From the human T2T-CHM13v2.0 reference genome, Homo sapiens: a stretch of 64,000 nt of DNA. Shown here in pieces: positions 28,701-42,200 of the stretch. Under the pieces are notes generated by a model. The model saw nothing but the letters and a program-made list of their open reading frames with translations. It did not search any database and had not been told where the DNA came from. The stretch lies in assembly GCF_009914755.1 (NCBI RefSeq), contig NC_060938.1. One strand, written 5' to 3'. Positions within the stretch are counted from its first letter, which is position 1. Every line of letters starts with the position of its first letter. The position numbers were made by a program, and so were the translations under genes.

Positions 28701-30400
28701 GGAGTGGATTGGAATCGAGTGGAATGGACCGGAGTGGAATGGAATGAAGTGGAGAGGATTGGAATGGAATGGAATGGAATGGAATGTAGTGGAGTGGATT
28801 GGAATGAAATGGAATTGAATGGATTGGAGTGGAGTGGAGAGGACTGGAATGGAATGGAATGGAGTGGAGTGGAGAGGAGTGAAGTGGAGTGGAGGATAGT
28901 GGGATGGAATGGAATGGAGTTTAGTGGAGTGGAGAAGAATGGAATGGAGTGCACTGGAGTGGAATGGAGAGGAGTGAAGTGGAAAGGAGTGAAGTGGAGT
29001 GGAGTGAATTGGAGTGGAGTTGAGTGGAATCGAGTGGAATGGAATGGAGTGGAGTGAAGAGGAATAAAATGGAATGGAGTGGAATGGAGTGGAATGGAAT
29101 GGAACGGAGAGGAGTTTAGAGCAGTGGAGTGGAGTGGATTGGAATGGAATCGAATTGAATGGAGTGGAGGGGAGTGCCATGGACTTGAGTTTAGTGTAGT
29201 GGAATGGAGTGGAGTGGGGTAGCGTGGAGTTGAGTGGAGTGGAGTGGAATGGAATGGAGTGTAACGGAGTGGAGTGGAATGGAGTGCATTGGAGTGGAAT
29301 GGAATGGAATCGAATCGAATCAAATGGAGTGGAAAGGAATGGAATTTAGTGGATTGGAAAGGAATTGAGTGGAATGGTATGGAATGGAATGGAATGGAGT
29401 AGAGTGGAGTGGAGTCGAATGGAAATGAGTGGAATGGTGTGGAATGGAATTGAATGGAGTGGAGTAGAGTGGAATGGAGTGGAACGGGATGGGATGCAAT
29501 GGAGTAGAGTGCAGTGGAGAATATTGGAGTGCAGTGGAATGGCATGGAATGGAATGGAATGGAATGTAAAGGAACTGAGTTAAATGGAATGGAGTGGAAT
29601 GGAATGGAGTGCAATGGAATAGGGTGGAGTGGAGTGGAAAGGAATGGAGTGGAGTGGAATGGAAGGGAATGGAATGGAGTGGAGTGGAGTTGAATGGATT
29701 GGAGTGGCGTGGAATGGAATGCAATGAAGCGGAGTGGTGTTGAATGGAGAGCAGTGGAGTGTAGTGGAGTGGAATGGAATGCAGTAGAGTGGAAAGGAAT
29801 GGAGTGGAGTTGAAAGGATCGGAGTGGAGAGGAGTAGAATTGAGTGGAGTGAAGAGGAGTGGACTGGAGTTTAGTGGCATGGAGTCGCGTGGAACAGAAT
29901 GGAACGGAAAGGAATGGAATGGAGTAGAATGGAGTGGAATGGAATGGAATGGAGTTAAATGGAATGGAGTTGAACGGAATGGAGTAGAATGGAATGGAGT
30001 GAGGGGGAATGGAATGGAATGTAGTGGAGTGGAATGGAATTGAATCAGATGGAATGGAATGAGGTGGAGTGGAGCCGAGTGGAATGGAATTGAGGGGAGT
30101 CTTGTGGAGTGGAGTGATGTGGAGTGGATTGGAGTGGAAAGGAATAGAATAGAGTGGAGCGGAGTGGAGTGGAGTGGAATGGAATGGAGTGGAGTGGAGT
30201 GAAATGGAGTGGGGTTAAGGGGAATGGAAAGGAGTGGATTGAATTGGAATGAAATGGATTGGAGTGGTATGGAGTGGACTGGAATGGACTGGAAGGGACT
30301 GGAGTGGAAAGGAATGAAGTGGAGAGGATTGGAATGGAATGGAATGGAGTGCAGTGGAGTGGAAGGGAATAGGGTGGAATGACATAGTGCAGAAAGAGTG
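25800..30400 (+). repeat. Diverged higher-order repeat, period ~1.5 kb (~3 copies plus a ~0.65-0.7 kb partial copy)
   Basis: GGGATG..AATGGAGT block at 25861/26499/27992/29491; (G/T)AGTCTTG at 26345/27055/28528/30097; TTTAGAGCAG at 27632/29115; TTGAGTTTAGTGTAG at 27697/29185; GGACTGGAGTTTAGT...GCGTGGAAC at 28292/29861. Confidence 0.85.
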
Positions 30401-32799
30401 GAGGAGAATGGAAAGGAAGGTAATGGAGTTGAGTGGAAGAAAGTGAAATATTGTGGAGGGGAATGGAGTGGAATGGAGTGAAAAGGAGTGGAATTTAATG
30501 GAATGGAATAGAATGGAAAGTAGTGGTGTGGAGTGGAGTGGAGTGGATTAGAGTGGTGTGGAAAGGAATGTAATGAAATGGAATGGAAAGGATTGGAATG
30601 GAACTGAATGGAATGGAACGGAATGCAATGGAATTAAATGAAATGGAATGGAATGGATTGGTTTGGAGTGGAATGAAGTGGAATGGAATGGAGTGTAGTG
30701 GAATTGAATGGAATGGAGTGGTGCAGAAAGGAATTGAATAGAATGGAATGCAATGGAATGGAGTAGAGTGGAATGGAACTGAAAGGAGTTAAGTGAATGG
30801 AATGGAGTGGATAGTAGAGGAGTGGTGTGGAGTGGACTGGAGTGGAGTGGATTTGAGTAGAGTGGAATGGAGAGGAATGGAGTGGAATGGAATGGAATGG
30901 CGTTGAGTGGAGTGGAATGGAGTGCAGTGGAGAGGAATGGAATGCACTGAATTGGGGAAGAGTGGAATGGAATGGAATGTGGTTTGAAAAGGAATGAAAT
31001 GGAATTGAGTGCAGTGGAGTGTAATGGGGTGGAATGGAATGGAGAGGAATGGAGTGGAGTCGAGTGAAGTGCATTGGAATGGAATGGAATGTAGTGGAGA
31101 GAAGTGGACTAAAGTGGAGTGGTCGGAATGGAATGGAATGCAGTGGAATGGAATGCAATGGAATGGAATGTAGTGGAGTGGAGTGGAATGGAGTGTAATG
31201 GAGTGGAATGGAATTGAGAGGAACGGTATGGAACGGAATGGAGTGGACTGGAGTGGAGTAGAGTGGAGTGGAGTGGAAAGGAATGAGATGGAGTAGATTG
31301 CAATGGAATGGAGTGGAATGGAATGCCGTTAAATGGAATGGAGTGGAATAAAATGGAGTGGAGGGGAATGGAACGGAATGGAGTGGAATGGAATGAAATG
31401 GGATGGAATGGAATGGAATGGAATGGAGTGGAGTAGAGTGGAGTTGAATGGAATGGAGTGGAGTGGAGTGGAGAGGAGTGAAGCGGAGTGGAGTGGAGTG
31501 GAATGGAATGAAGTGTAGTGGAGTGGAGTGGATTGGAGTGGAAATGAGTGGAGTGAAGTGGAGTGGAGTTTATTGAGCTGGAGTCGAGTGGAACAGAATG
31601 GAATGGAATGAATGGAATGAAATGGAATGGAAGAGACGGAAGTTAAAAGGAATGGAGTGGAATGGAATGGAGGGCAGTGGCATGGAATGGAATGGACTGG
31701 AGTGGAATGGAATGAAAAGGAATGGAATGGAATGGAATGGAGGGGAGAGGAATCGAGAGGAATGCAATGGAGTATAGTCTTGTGGAGTGGAGTGGAGTAG
31801 AGTGGAATGGAATGGAGTGGAGTGCAGTGGAATGCAGTGAAGTCGTGAGGAATGGAATGGAGTTGAGTGAAGTGGAATAAAATGGAGTGGATTTTAAATG
31901 AGTGGAATGGAATGGAGTGGAATGGAGAGAACTGGAGTGGATTGGAATGGAATGGAATGGAGTGGAGTGCAGTGGAATGGAACGGGGTGGAATGGAATAG
32001 AGTGGAAAGAGTGGATTGGAATGGAAAGGAATGTAATGGAGTTGAGCGGAATAAAGCGGAATATTGTGAATTGGATTGGAGTGGAATGGAGTGGAATGGA
32101 ATGGAATTGAGTGGAATGAGGTTAAAAGGAGTGGAATATAATAGAATGGAACAGAATGTAATGTAGTGGCATGGAGTGAAGTGGAGTGGATTGCAGTGCT
32201 GTAGAATGGAATGCAATGGAAAGGAAAGGAATGGAATGGAATGGAATGGACTGAAATGAAATGGAATGGAATGGAATGGAGTGGAGTGGAATGAAGTGGA
32301 ATGGAATGGAGTCGAGTGGAATGGAATGTCATGGAGTGGACTGGAATGGAATGGAATGGAATGCAAAGGAATAGAATACAGTAGAGTTGAATGGAACTGA
32401 AAGGAGATAAGTGAAATAGAGTGGAGTAGAGTCGAGTGGAGAGGAGTGGAGTGGAGAGGAGTGCAGTGGGGTGGAGTGGAATGGAGTGGATGGAGTGGAA
32501 AGGAATGGAAAGCAGTACAGTGGAATGGAATGGAGTGGAGTGGAATTGAGTACAGTGGAATGGAGTGGAGTGGAGAGGAATGCAGTGGATTGGATTGGAG
32601 GAGAGTGGAATAGAATGGAATGTAGAGGAGTGGAATGGAAGGAAATGGAATTGAATGTGGTGGAGTGGAATGGGGTGGAATGGAGTGGAGTTGAGTGAAT
32701 GGGATGTAATGGAAAGGAATGGAATGGAATGGGATGGAATGGAAAGGAATGGAATGGAATGCAATGGAATGGAATGGAATGGAGTGGAATGGAATGGAG

Positions 32800-34300
32800 T
32801 GGAACAAAATGGAGAGGAGAGGAAAGGAATAGAATTAAGTGTAGTGGAATGGAAAGAAATGGAATGGCATGGAGTGGACTGGAGTGGAGTGGAAGGTAAT
32901 GGAGTGGAGTAGAGTGGAGTGAAGTGTAGAGAAGTGGAGTGGAATGGAATGGAATAGAGTGGAATGGAGTGGAATAGAATGGAGTGGAGCAAAGTTGAAT
33001 GGAGAGGAGTGAAGTGGAGTGGAGTGGAGTCAAGTGTAATGGAATGGATTTGAGTGAAGTTGATTAAATTGGAAAGGAGTGGAATGGAGTGGATAGGAAT
33101 GGAGTGGAATGGAGCGAAGTTTAGAGGACTGGAGTGGAGTGGATTAGAGTGGAATGGAATGGAATGGATTGGAGTGGAGTGGAGTGGCATGGAGTTGAGT
33201 AGAGTGGTGTGAAATGGTGTGGTTTCGATTGTGGTGGAATGGAATTTCATGGAGAGGAATGGAATGGATTTGAAGGCAAAGAAATGGAATGGAATGCAAT
33301 GGAATGGAATGGAGTGGTATAGAATGGAGTGCAATGGAATGGAGGGGAAAGGAGTGAAGTGGAGTGAAATGGAATGGAATGGAATGGAGTGGAATAGATT
33401 GGAATGGAAAGGAATGGATTGGGGTAGAATGGAGTGGAATGGAATGGAATGGAATGGAATGGAATGGAATGGAGCGGAGTGGAATGGAACTCGGTGGAAT
33501 GGATTGGAATGCAGTGGATTGGAATGGAATGGAATGGAATGGAATGGAATGGAATGGAATAGAATAGAATAGAAAGGAATGGAATGGAATAGATGGTAGT
33601 GGAGTGGAATGTAATGGAGTGGAGTGGACTGGAATGTAGTGGAGTGGAATAGAATGGAGTGGAGAGGAGTGCAGTGCAGTGGAATGGAATGGAATAGAAT
33701 GGAAAGGAATGGAATAGAATGGAATGGAATAGAATAGAATGAAATGGAGTGGAATCAAATGGAGTGGAAGGGAATTTAGAGGAGTGGAATGGAATGGAAT
33801 GGAGTGGAGTGGAGTGGAATGGAATAAAATGGAATGGAACGGACTGGAGTGGAGTGGCGTGGAATGTAATGGAGTGGAGTAGAGTGGAGTGAAGTGTAAG
33901 GGAGTGGAGTGGAATGGAAAGGAACTGAGTGGAATGGAGTGGATTGGAATTGAATGGAGTGGAGTAGAGGGGAATGGAGTGGAGTGAAGTGGAGTGGAGT
34001 GGATTGGAGTCAAGTGGAAGAGAATTGAGATGAGGGAAGTTGAATAAAATAGAAAGGAGTGGAATGGAGAGGAATGGAAAGGAGTGGAATGGAGAGGAAT
34101 TTAGAGGACTGGAGTGGAGTGGTTTAGAGTGGAATGGAATGGATTGGAATGTAGTGGAGTGGAGTGGCGCAGAATTGTATGGAGTGGAGTGGAATGGAGT
34201 CTTTGGGATTTTGGTGGAATGGAAGGTATTTTTAGTGGAATGGAGTGGAATGGAATGGAATGGAGTGGAATGGAATGGAATGGAATGGAAAGTAATGGAA
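32800..34300 (+). repeat. Diverged tandem duplication, period ~980 bp
   Basis: TTAGAGGACTGGAGTGGAGTGG(A/T)TTAGAGTGGAATGGAAT at 33121/34101; GGAGTCAAGTG at 33026/34006; GAAGTGTA at 32921/33891. Confidence 0.8.
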
Positions 34301-36299
34301 TGGAATGAAATGAAATGGAATGGAATGGAATGGAATTTAAAGGAAAGGAGTGGAATGGAATGGAGTAGAATGGAGTGAAGAGGAATGCAGTGGAGTGTAG
34401 TGGAAAGCAATCGAGTGGAAAAGAATGGAATGGAGTGGAATAGATTGGAATGGAATGGAATGGAGTGTGGTGGAATGGAGTGTAATGAAGTAGAATGAAT
34501 GGAATGGATTGGAATGGAATGGAATTGAAGGGAATGAAATGGAGTGGAATGGTGTGGAAGGGAATGGAATGGGGTGGAATGGATTAGAATGAGGTGGATT
34601 GTAGTGGAATGGAATTGAATGGAGTGGAGTGGAATGGAATGAAATAGAATGGAATTGAATGGAATGGAATGGAAAGGAATGGAATGTAAAAGAATGGAAT
34701 GGAAAGGAATGTAATGGAATGTAGTGGAGTGGATTGGAATGGAGTGTCGTGGAATGGAATGGAGTGGTGTGGAATTGAATGGAGTGGAGTGGAGTGGAAT
34801 GGAATGGAATGGTGTGGATAGCAGTGGCGTGGAGTGGAGTGGAATGGAATGGAATGGAATGGAATGGAACGGAGTAGAATGGAATGGTGTGGAAGTCAAT
34901 GGAGTCCAATGCAATGGGGTAGAATGTAGTTGAATGAAATGCTGTGGAGTGGAATGTAATGAAATGGTATGCAATGGAACGGGGTGGAATGGAGTGGAAT
35001 GGTTTGGAATGAAATGAAACGGAGATGAGTGGAGTGGAGTGCATTGGAATGGAGTGGAGTGCATTGGAATGGAGTGGAATGCATTGTAATGTTATGGAAT
35101 GGAATGGAGTGAAGTGGAAAGGAGTGGAGTGGAGAGGAATGGAATGGAATGAAATGAAATGGAGTGGAGTGGAGTGGAATGGAATGGAGTGGTATGTAGT
35201 GGTGTGGAGAGGAAATTAATGGAATGGAGTGGATTGGAATGGAATGGAAAGTGGAGTAGAGTTGAATGCGATGGAATGGAATGGAATGGAATTCAGTTAA
35301 AAGGAATGGAGTGGATTGGAATTCAGTGGAATAGAATGGAAAGGAGTGGTGTGGAATGGAATGGAATGGAGTGGAGTGGATTTGAATGAAATTGAATGGA
35401 ATGGAATGCAGGGGAGTGGAGTGGAGTGGAATGGAATGGAGTTGAGTGGAGTGGAGAGGAGTGGAGTGAAGTGGATCGGAGTAGAGTGTAATGGAATAGA
35501 ACGGATTTCAGTGGAGTGGAGTGGAATGGAATGGAGTGGAGTTGAGTGGAATGGATTGGAGTGGAGTGGAGGCGAGTGGAGTGGAATTGATTGGAGTGAA
35601 GTAGAATAAAAAGGAATGGTGTGGATGGAGTGTATTTGAATGGATTGGAACGGAATGGAGTTTAGAGGCGTGGAGTGGAATGGAGTGGATTAGAAAGGAA
35701 TGGAGTGGAGTGGAATGCATTGGAGTGGCGTGGAGTCAAGTGGAGTGGAGTGGAATGGAGTGGTTCTTATGGTGGTGGAATAGAATGGAATGGAGTGGAA
35801 TGGAATGGAATGGTGTAGAATAGAAAGGAATGGAAGTGAAAGTAAGGGAGTGGAATAGAATGGATTGGAATGCAGTGGATTGCAATGGAATGGAATGGAG
35901 TGGAGTGGAATGGAATGGAATTCAATGGAATTGAGTGGAGAGGAGTTTAATGGAATAAAATGGAGTGGTATAGAATTGAATGGAATGGAGTAGAGTGGAG
36001 TGGAGTGAAATGCAATGGAGGGGAGTGAAGGGGAATGAAATAGAATGCAATGGAATGGAATTGTATGGAATGGAGTGGAGGTGAATGGGATCGAGAGGAG
36101 TGAAATTGAATGGAAAGGAATGTTATGGAATTGAAAGCAACGGAATGGAAGGGAGTGGATTGCAATGGAATGGAATGGAATGGAGTGGAATGGAGTGGAG
36201 TGGAGAGCAGTGGAATGGAACGGTGTCGAGTGGAGTGGGGTGGAACAGAGTGGAATGGAATGGAGTGGAGTGGAATGGAGTCGAGTGGATTCGAATCGA

Positions 36300-39200
36300 G
36301 TGGAATAGAATGGAAACGAATGGAATGGAAAGGGATGCAGAAGAGAGGAATGCAGTGGAATGGGTTGGAGTGGAATGCACTGCAGTGGAGTGGATTGGAA
36401 AGGAATGGAGTGGAATAGAATGTAGTAGAATGGAGTGGAGTGAAGTGGAATGGAATGGAGTGAAATGGATAGGAGTGGAAAGGAGTGGAACGGTTTGGAG
36501 TAGAATGTAGTGGAATCAAGTGGAGTGGAAAGGAATGGAACGGAATGCATTAGAATGGAATGGAATGGAGTGGAATTGAGTGGAGAGGAATGGAATGGAA
36601 TAGAATGAAATGGAATGGAACAGAGTGGAATGGAATGTAATGGAATGTAGTGGAGTAGAGTGGAATATAATGGAAAGTACGGAAGTGGAATGGAATGGAG
36701 TGGAATGGAATGGAATCGAATGCAATTTATTGGAATAGAGTGGAATGGAATGGAATGGATTGGAATGGAATGGAGTGGAGAGGTATGGACTGGAAGGGAG
36801 AGGATTGGAGTGGAGAAAAGTGCAGTGGAATCGTGTAGAATGGAGTGAAATATAACGGAATCTATAGGAGTGGAATGGAATGGAGTGGAGTGGAATGGAA
36901 TGGAGTGGAGTGGAATGTAATGGACAGGAATGATATGGAGAGAAATGGAGTTGAGTGGAATGGAAAGTAATGGAGTGAAATGGCATGGAATGGAATCGAG
37001 TGGAGTTGAATGGAATGGAATGGAGTGGAATTGAGAGGAGTGGAGTGGAGTGGAATGGATTGCACTGGAATGGAAGGGAATTCTCTTGAATGGAATAAAA
37101 TGGAATGGAATGGAGTGGAATGGAATGGATAGGAATGAAGTGCAGTTGTGAGGAATGGAATGGAATGGAGTGCAACGGATTGGAGTGGAATGAGGTGGAA
37201 TGAAATTAATTAGAGTGGAATGGATTGGAATGGAATGGAATGGACTGCAATCGAGTGGCGTGGGTGGAATGCAATGAAATGGAATGGAGCGGAGTGGAGT
37301 GGAGTGGAACGGAATGGAATGCAGTGGATTAGAGTGGCACGGTTGGAATTGAATGAAATGGAATGGAGTGGAGTGCAGTGGAATGCAATGGTGTAGAGTG
37401 GTGTGGAGGGGAGTGGAGTGGAGTGAAATGTTGTGGAGTGGAGTGGAATGGAGAAAAACGGAATGGAATGGAGTGGAATCGAATGGAGAGGAATGGAATG
37501 GAGTGGAATGGAGTGGAATGGAATGGAATGGAATGGACTGGAATAGAATGGAATGGAATGCTATTGATCGAATGGAATGGAGTGTATTTGAATGGAAGGC
37601 AATGGAATGGAATGGACTGGCGGTTGGTGGAGTGGTGTAGACTGGAGTTGAATGGAATGGAATGGAATGGAGTAGAATGGAATGGAATGCAATGGAATAA
37701 AGGGGAATGGAATGGAATGGAAAGGAGTGGAGGGGAATGGAATCAAAAGGAATGAAAAGGAATTTTGGGGAGTGGAATGGAAATGAAAGGAATAAAATGC
37801 AATGGAGTGGATTGGAGTCGAGTGAAGTGGAAAGGAATGGAGTGTAATGGAGTGGTATAGAATGGAATGGAATGGAGTGGAGTGGAGAGAAAGGAGTGGA
37901 GTGGAGTGGAAGGGAGTGGAGTGGAAGGGATTGGAATGGAATGCAATGCAGTGGAATAGAATGGAATCAATAGGAGTGGAATGGAATGGAGTGGAATGGA
38001 ATGCAGGCGAGTGGAATGGAATGAGCTGGAATGGAATGTAGAGAAATGGATTGGGGTGGAAGGGAATGAAATGGAGTGGAATGGAGTGCAGTGGAATGGT
38101 GTGAAGTGGAATGGAATTAAACGGAATGGAATGGAGCGGAGTGCACTGAAGAGGAATGGAGTGGAGTGCAATGGAATGGAATGGAATGAAATGGAATTGT
38201 TTGGAATGGAAAGGAATGTGGTGGAATGTAACGGAATGGAGAGGAATGGATTGGAGTGGAATGGAATGGAGTGGAAAGGAATGGAAAGTAATGGAGTTTA
38301 CTGGAATGCAATGGAATGAAATGGAATGGAATGGAATGCAACTGAAAGGAGTGGAATGCAATGGAATGGAATCGAGTGGATTGGATTGGAATGGAATGGA
38401 ATAGAATGGAACAGATCGGAACGGAATGGAGTGGAACGGAATGGATTGTAATGGAATGGAATGGAATCGAATCGAATCGAATGGAATGGAAGGGAAGGAA
38501 AAGGAATAGAATGGAATGGATTAGAATGGAAGGGAGTGGAGTGGAATGGAATGGAATCGAGTGTAGTGGAATGGAATGGAGTGGAATGGATTGGAATGGA
38601 ATGGAATGGAATGGAATGGAATGGAATGGAATAGAATGGAATGGAATGGAGGGGATTGTAGTGGAGGGCTGTGGATAGGAATGGAGGGGAGTGGAATGGA
38701 TTGGAATGGAAGGGAATGGAATGGAATCGAATGGAGTGGAGGGGATTGGACTGGAGGGCTGTGGATTGGAATGGAGTGGAATCGAATGGAATGGAATGGA
38801 GTGGAGTGGAATGAGGTAGAGTGGAATGAAATGGAAGGGAATGGAGTGGAGTGGAGTGGGGTGGAATGGAATTGAGTGTAATGGAGGGGAGAGGATTGGA
38901 CAGGAGTAGAGTGCAGTGGAATGGAGAGTAGCGGAGTGGAGTGGAATGGAATTAAATGGAATGGAATGGAGTCGAATGGAATGTAGTGGAATGAAGAGGA
39001 GTGCAGTTGAATGGATTGGAATGGAATGGGGTGGAATGAAATGGAGTGGAATAGAATGGAGTGTATAGGACAGGAATGCAATAAAGTGGAATGGATTGGA
39101 GAGGAGTGGAACCGAATAGAATGGAGTGGAAATGAATGAAATGGAAAGGAATGGAGTGGATTGGAATGGAATGACGTGGAATGGATTGCAATGGACTGGA

Positions 39201-42200
39201 TTGGAATGGACTGGAGTGGAATGGAGTAGATTGAAATGAAATGTAATGGAATGGAATGCAATGGAATGGAATAGAAAGGAGTGGAATGGAGTGTAATGGA
39301 AAGGAACGGATCAGAATTGAATGGAATGGAATGGAGTGGAATGTAGTGGAGTGGAATGGAATGGAGTGGAGTGAAGTGGATTGGAACAGAATGGAATGGC
39401 ATGGAATGGAATGGAGTGGATTTCAATGGAATGTAATAGAATGGAGAGGAATGTAGTGGAGTGGAGTGCTGTGGAACGGAATGGTGTGGAGTGGAGTGGA
39501 GGGGAATGGTGTGGAAAGAATGGAGTGGAGTGGAGCGGAATGGAGTGGAGTGGAGGGGAATACAAAGGAATAGAATGGAAAAGAATTGAATGGAGTGGAA
39601 TGCAGAAGAGAGGAGTGGAGTGCAATGGATTGGAGTGGAATGTAATGCAGTGGAGTGGATTGGACTGGAATTTAGTGGAATGGAATGGAAACGAGTACAA
39701 TGGAATGGAATGGAATGGAATGGAGTGGGGTGGAGTGGAATGGAATGGAGTGGAAAGCAGTTGAGTGCAGTGGATAGGAATGGAATTTAGTGGAATGGAA
39801 TGGAGTGGCATTGAATGAAATGGAATGGAATGGAATGGATTGTGGTGGAGTGGATTGGAATTGAGTGGAGTGGTATAGAATGCAATGGAATGGAGTGGAG
39901 GGCAACGGAGTGGAATGGGGTCGAGGGGAATAGAATGGAATGGAGAGAAATTGAAAGGATTTCACTTGAATTGAGTGGATTAAAGAGGATTGGTATGGAA
40001 TGGAGAGGATTGGAAAGGAGTGGAATGGATTGGAGTGCAGTGGAGTAGATTGGAATGGAGTGGAGCGTAATGGAATGGAATGCAGTGGAATGGAATGGAA
40101 TGGAGTGGAACGGAGTAGAGTGAAATGGAATGGAGTGGAACGGAGTGGAGTGAAATGGAATGGAGTGGAACGGAATGGAGTGGAATTGATTGGAGTGTAG
40201 TGGAGTGGAATGGAAAGGAATGAAATGGAGTGGAGCGCAATGGAATAGAAAGGTTTGGAGTGGAGTGGAATGGAATGGAGTGGAATGCAATGGAGTGGGG
40301 TGGAGGGGAATGGAATTGAGTGGAGTGGAATAGAAGGGAATGGAATAGAATATCGTGGAGTGAAGTGGAGTGAGGTCGACTGGATGGTAATTGAAAGGAA
40401 TGGAATGCAATGGAATGGAACGTAGTGGAATGGAAAACAGAGGAATGCAAAGGAATGGAGTGGAATGGAATGGACTAGAGTGGAGTGAAGTTGAATGGAA
40501 TGTACTCGAATGGCATGGAAAGAAATGGAATACAATGGAGTGGAGTGGAATGGATTGGAGGAGAGAAATGGAATGAAATGCAATGGAGTGGAGGGGAGTG
40601 AAGTGGAATGGAAACGAGAGGAATGTAGTGGAGTGAAGTGGATTGGAATGGAATATAGTGGAGCTGAATGGAATGGAGTGGAACGAAATGGAACGAAATG
40701 TAATTGAATGGAAAGGAGTGAAGTGGAGTGGAATGGAATTGAGTACACTGATATGGAATGGAATGGAATGGAATGGAATGGAGTGGAGTGGAGTGGAGTG
40801 GAGTGGGGTCGACTGGAATGGAATGGAATGGAATGGAATGGAATGGAATTGAATGGAATGGAATGGAATAGATTGGAATGGAAATGAATAGAATGCGATG
40901 GAGGGGAGTGCAATGAAATGGAACGAAAGCATTGGAATCGAATGGAGTGGAATATAATAGCATGGAATAGATGGGAATGGAATGGAGTGGAATGGAGTGG
41001 AGTGGAATGGAATAGAGCGGAATGGATTGGAGGTGAGTGGAATGCAATGGAGTGGGATGGAGTGGAGTGGAATGGAATCGAATGGATTCCTGTGGAAAGG
41101 AATGAATTGGAATGCATTGGAAAGGAATGGAGAGGAATGGAGTGTAGTGCAAAGGAATGGAGAGGAATGGAATGGAGTGGAATAGAGTTGAGTGGAGTGG
41201 AATAGATTGGAGTGTAATGGAGTTTAGTGGTGTGGAATGGAATGCCGTGGAATGGAGTTGAATGGAGTGGAATGGAATGGAATGGAATGGAATGGAATGG
41301 AATGGAACGGATTTGAATGGAATGGAGTGGAATGGAATTGAGTGGAATTGAGTGGAGTGGAGAAAAGTGCAGTGGAGAGGGGTCGAGTGGATGGGAATGG
41401 AATGGAATGGAATTGAGTGTAAAGGAATGGAGTGGAGAGGAATGGAATGGAATGGAGTGGTGTGGAATGGAGTGGAAAGGAATGGAATGGAATGCAATGT
41501 AGAGGAGTGGTGTGGTGTGGAATGGAATGGAGTGGACTGGGATGGAATGAAATGGAATTGAATTTAATGGAATGGAATGGAATGGAGAGGATGGGAGTTT
41601 AGTGGAATGGAATAGATTGGAATGGAGTGGAGTAGAATGTAACGGAATGGAATTGAGTGGAGTGGAATAGAATGGAATGGATTGGAATTTAATGGACTGG
41701 ACAAGAGTGGAATGGAGTTGAGTAGAGTGAAGTGGAATTGAATGGAATGGAATGGAGCGGAATGCTGTGGAGTGGACTTGAGTGGAATGGAATACAGTGG
41801 AGTGAAGATGAATGGAAAGGAATGGAATGGAATGGAATGGAATGGAGTGGAGTGGAATAGAATGGAGGAGAATGGAATGGAATGGAATGGTGTGGAGTGT
41901 AATTGAATGGAATGGAATGCAGTGGAATTGAAAGGAAAGGAATGGAATGCAATGAAATGGAGTGGAGTGGAGTGGAATGGAATGGAGAGCAGTGAAGTGG
42001 AATTTAATAGAATGTAATGGAATGTAATGGAATGTAATGGAATGGAGTGGAATGGAATGGAGTGGTGTGAAATGAAAAGGAATGGAATGGAATGGAATGG
42101 ATTGGAAAAGAATGGAATGGAGGGGAATGGAATGGAATGGAAGGGACTGGAATGGCTTCGAGTGGAGTGTAGTGGAATGGAGTGGAATAGAATGGAAAGG

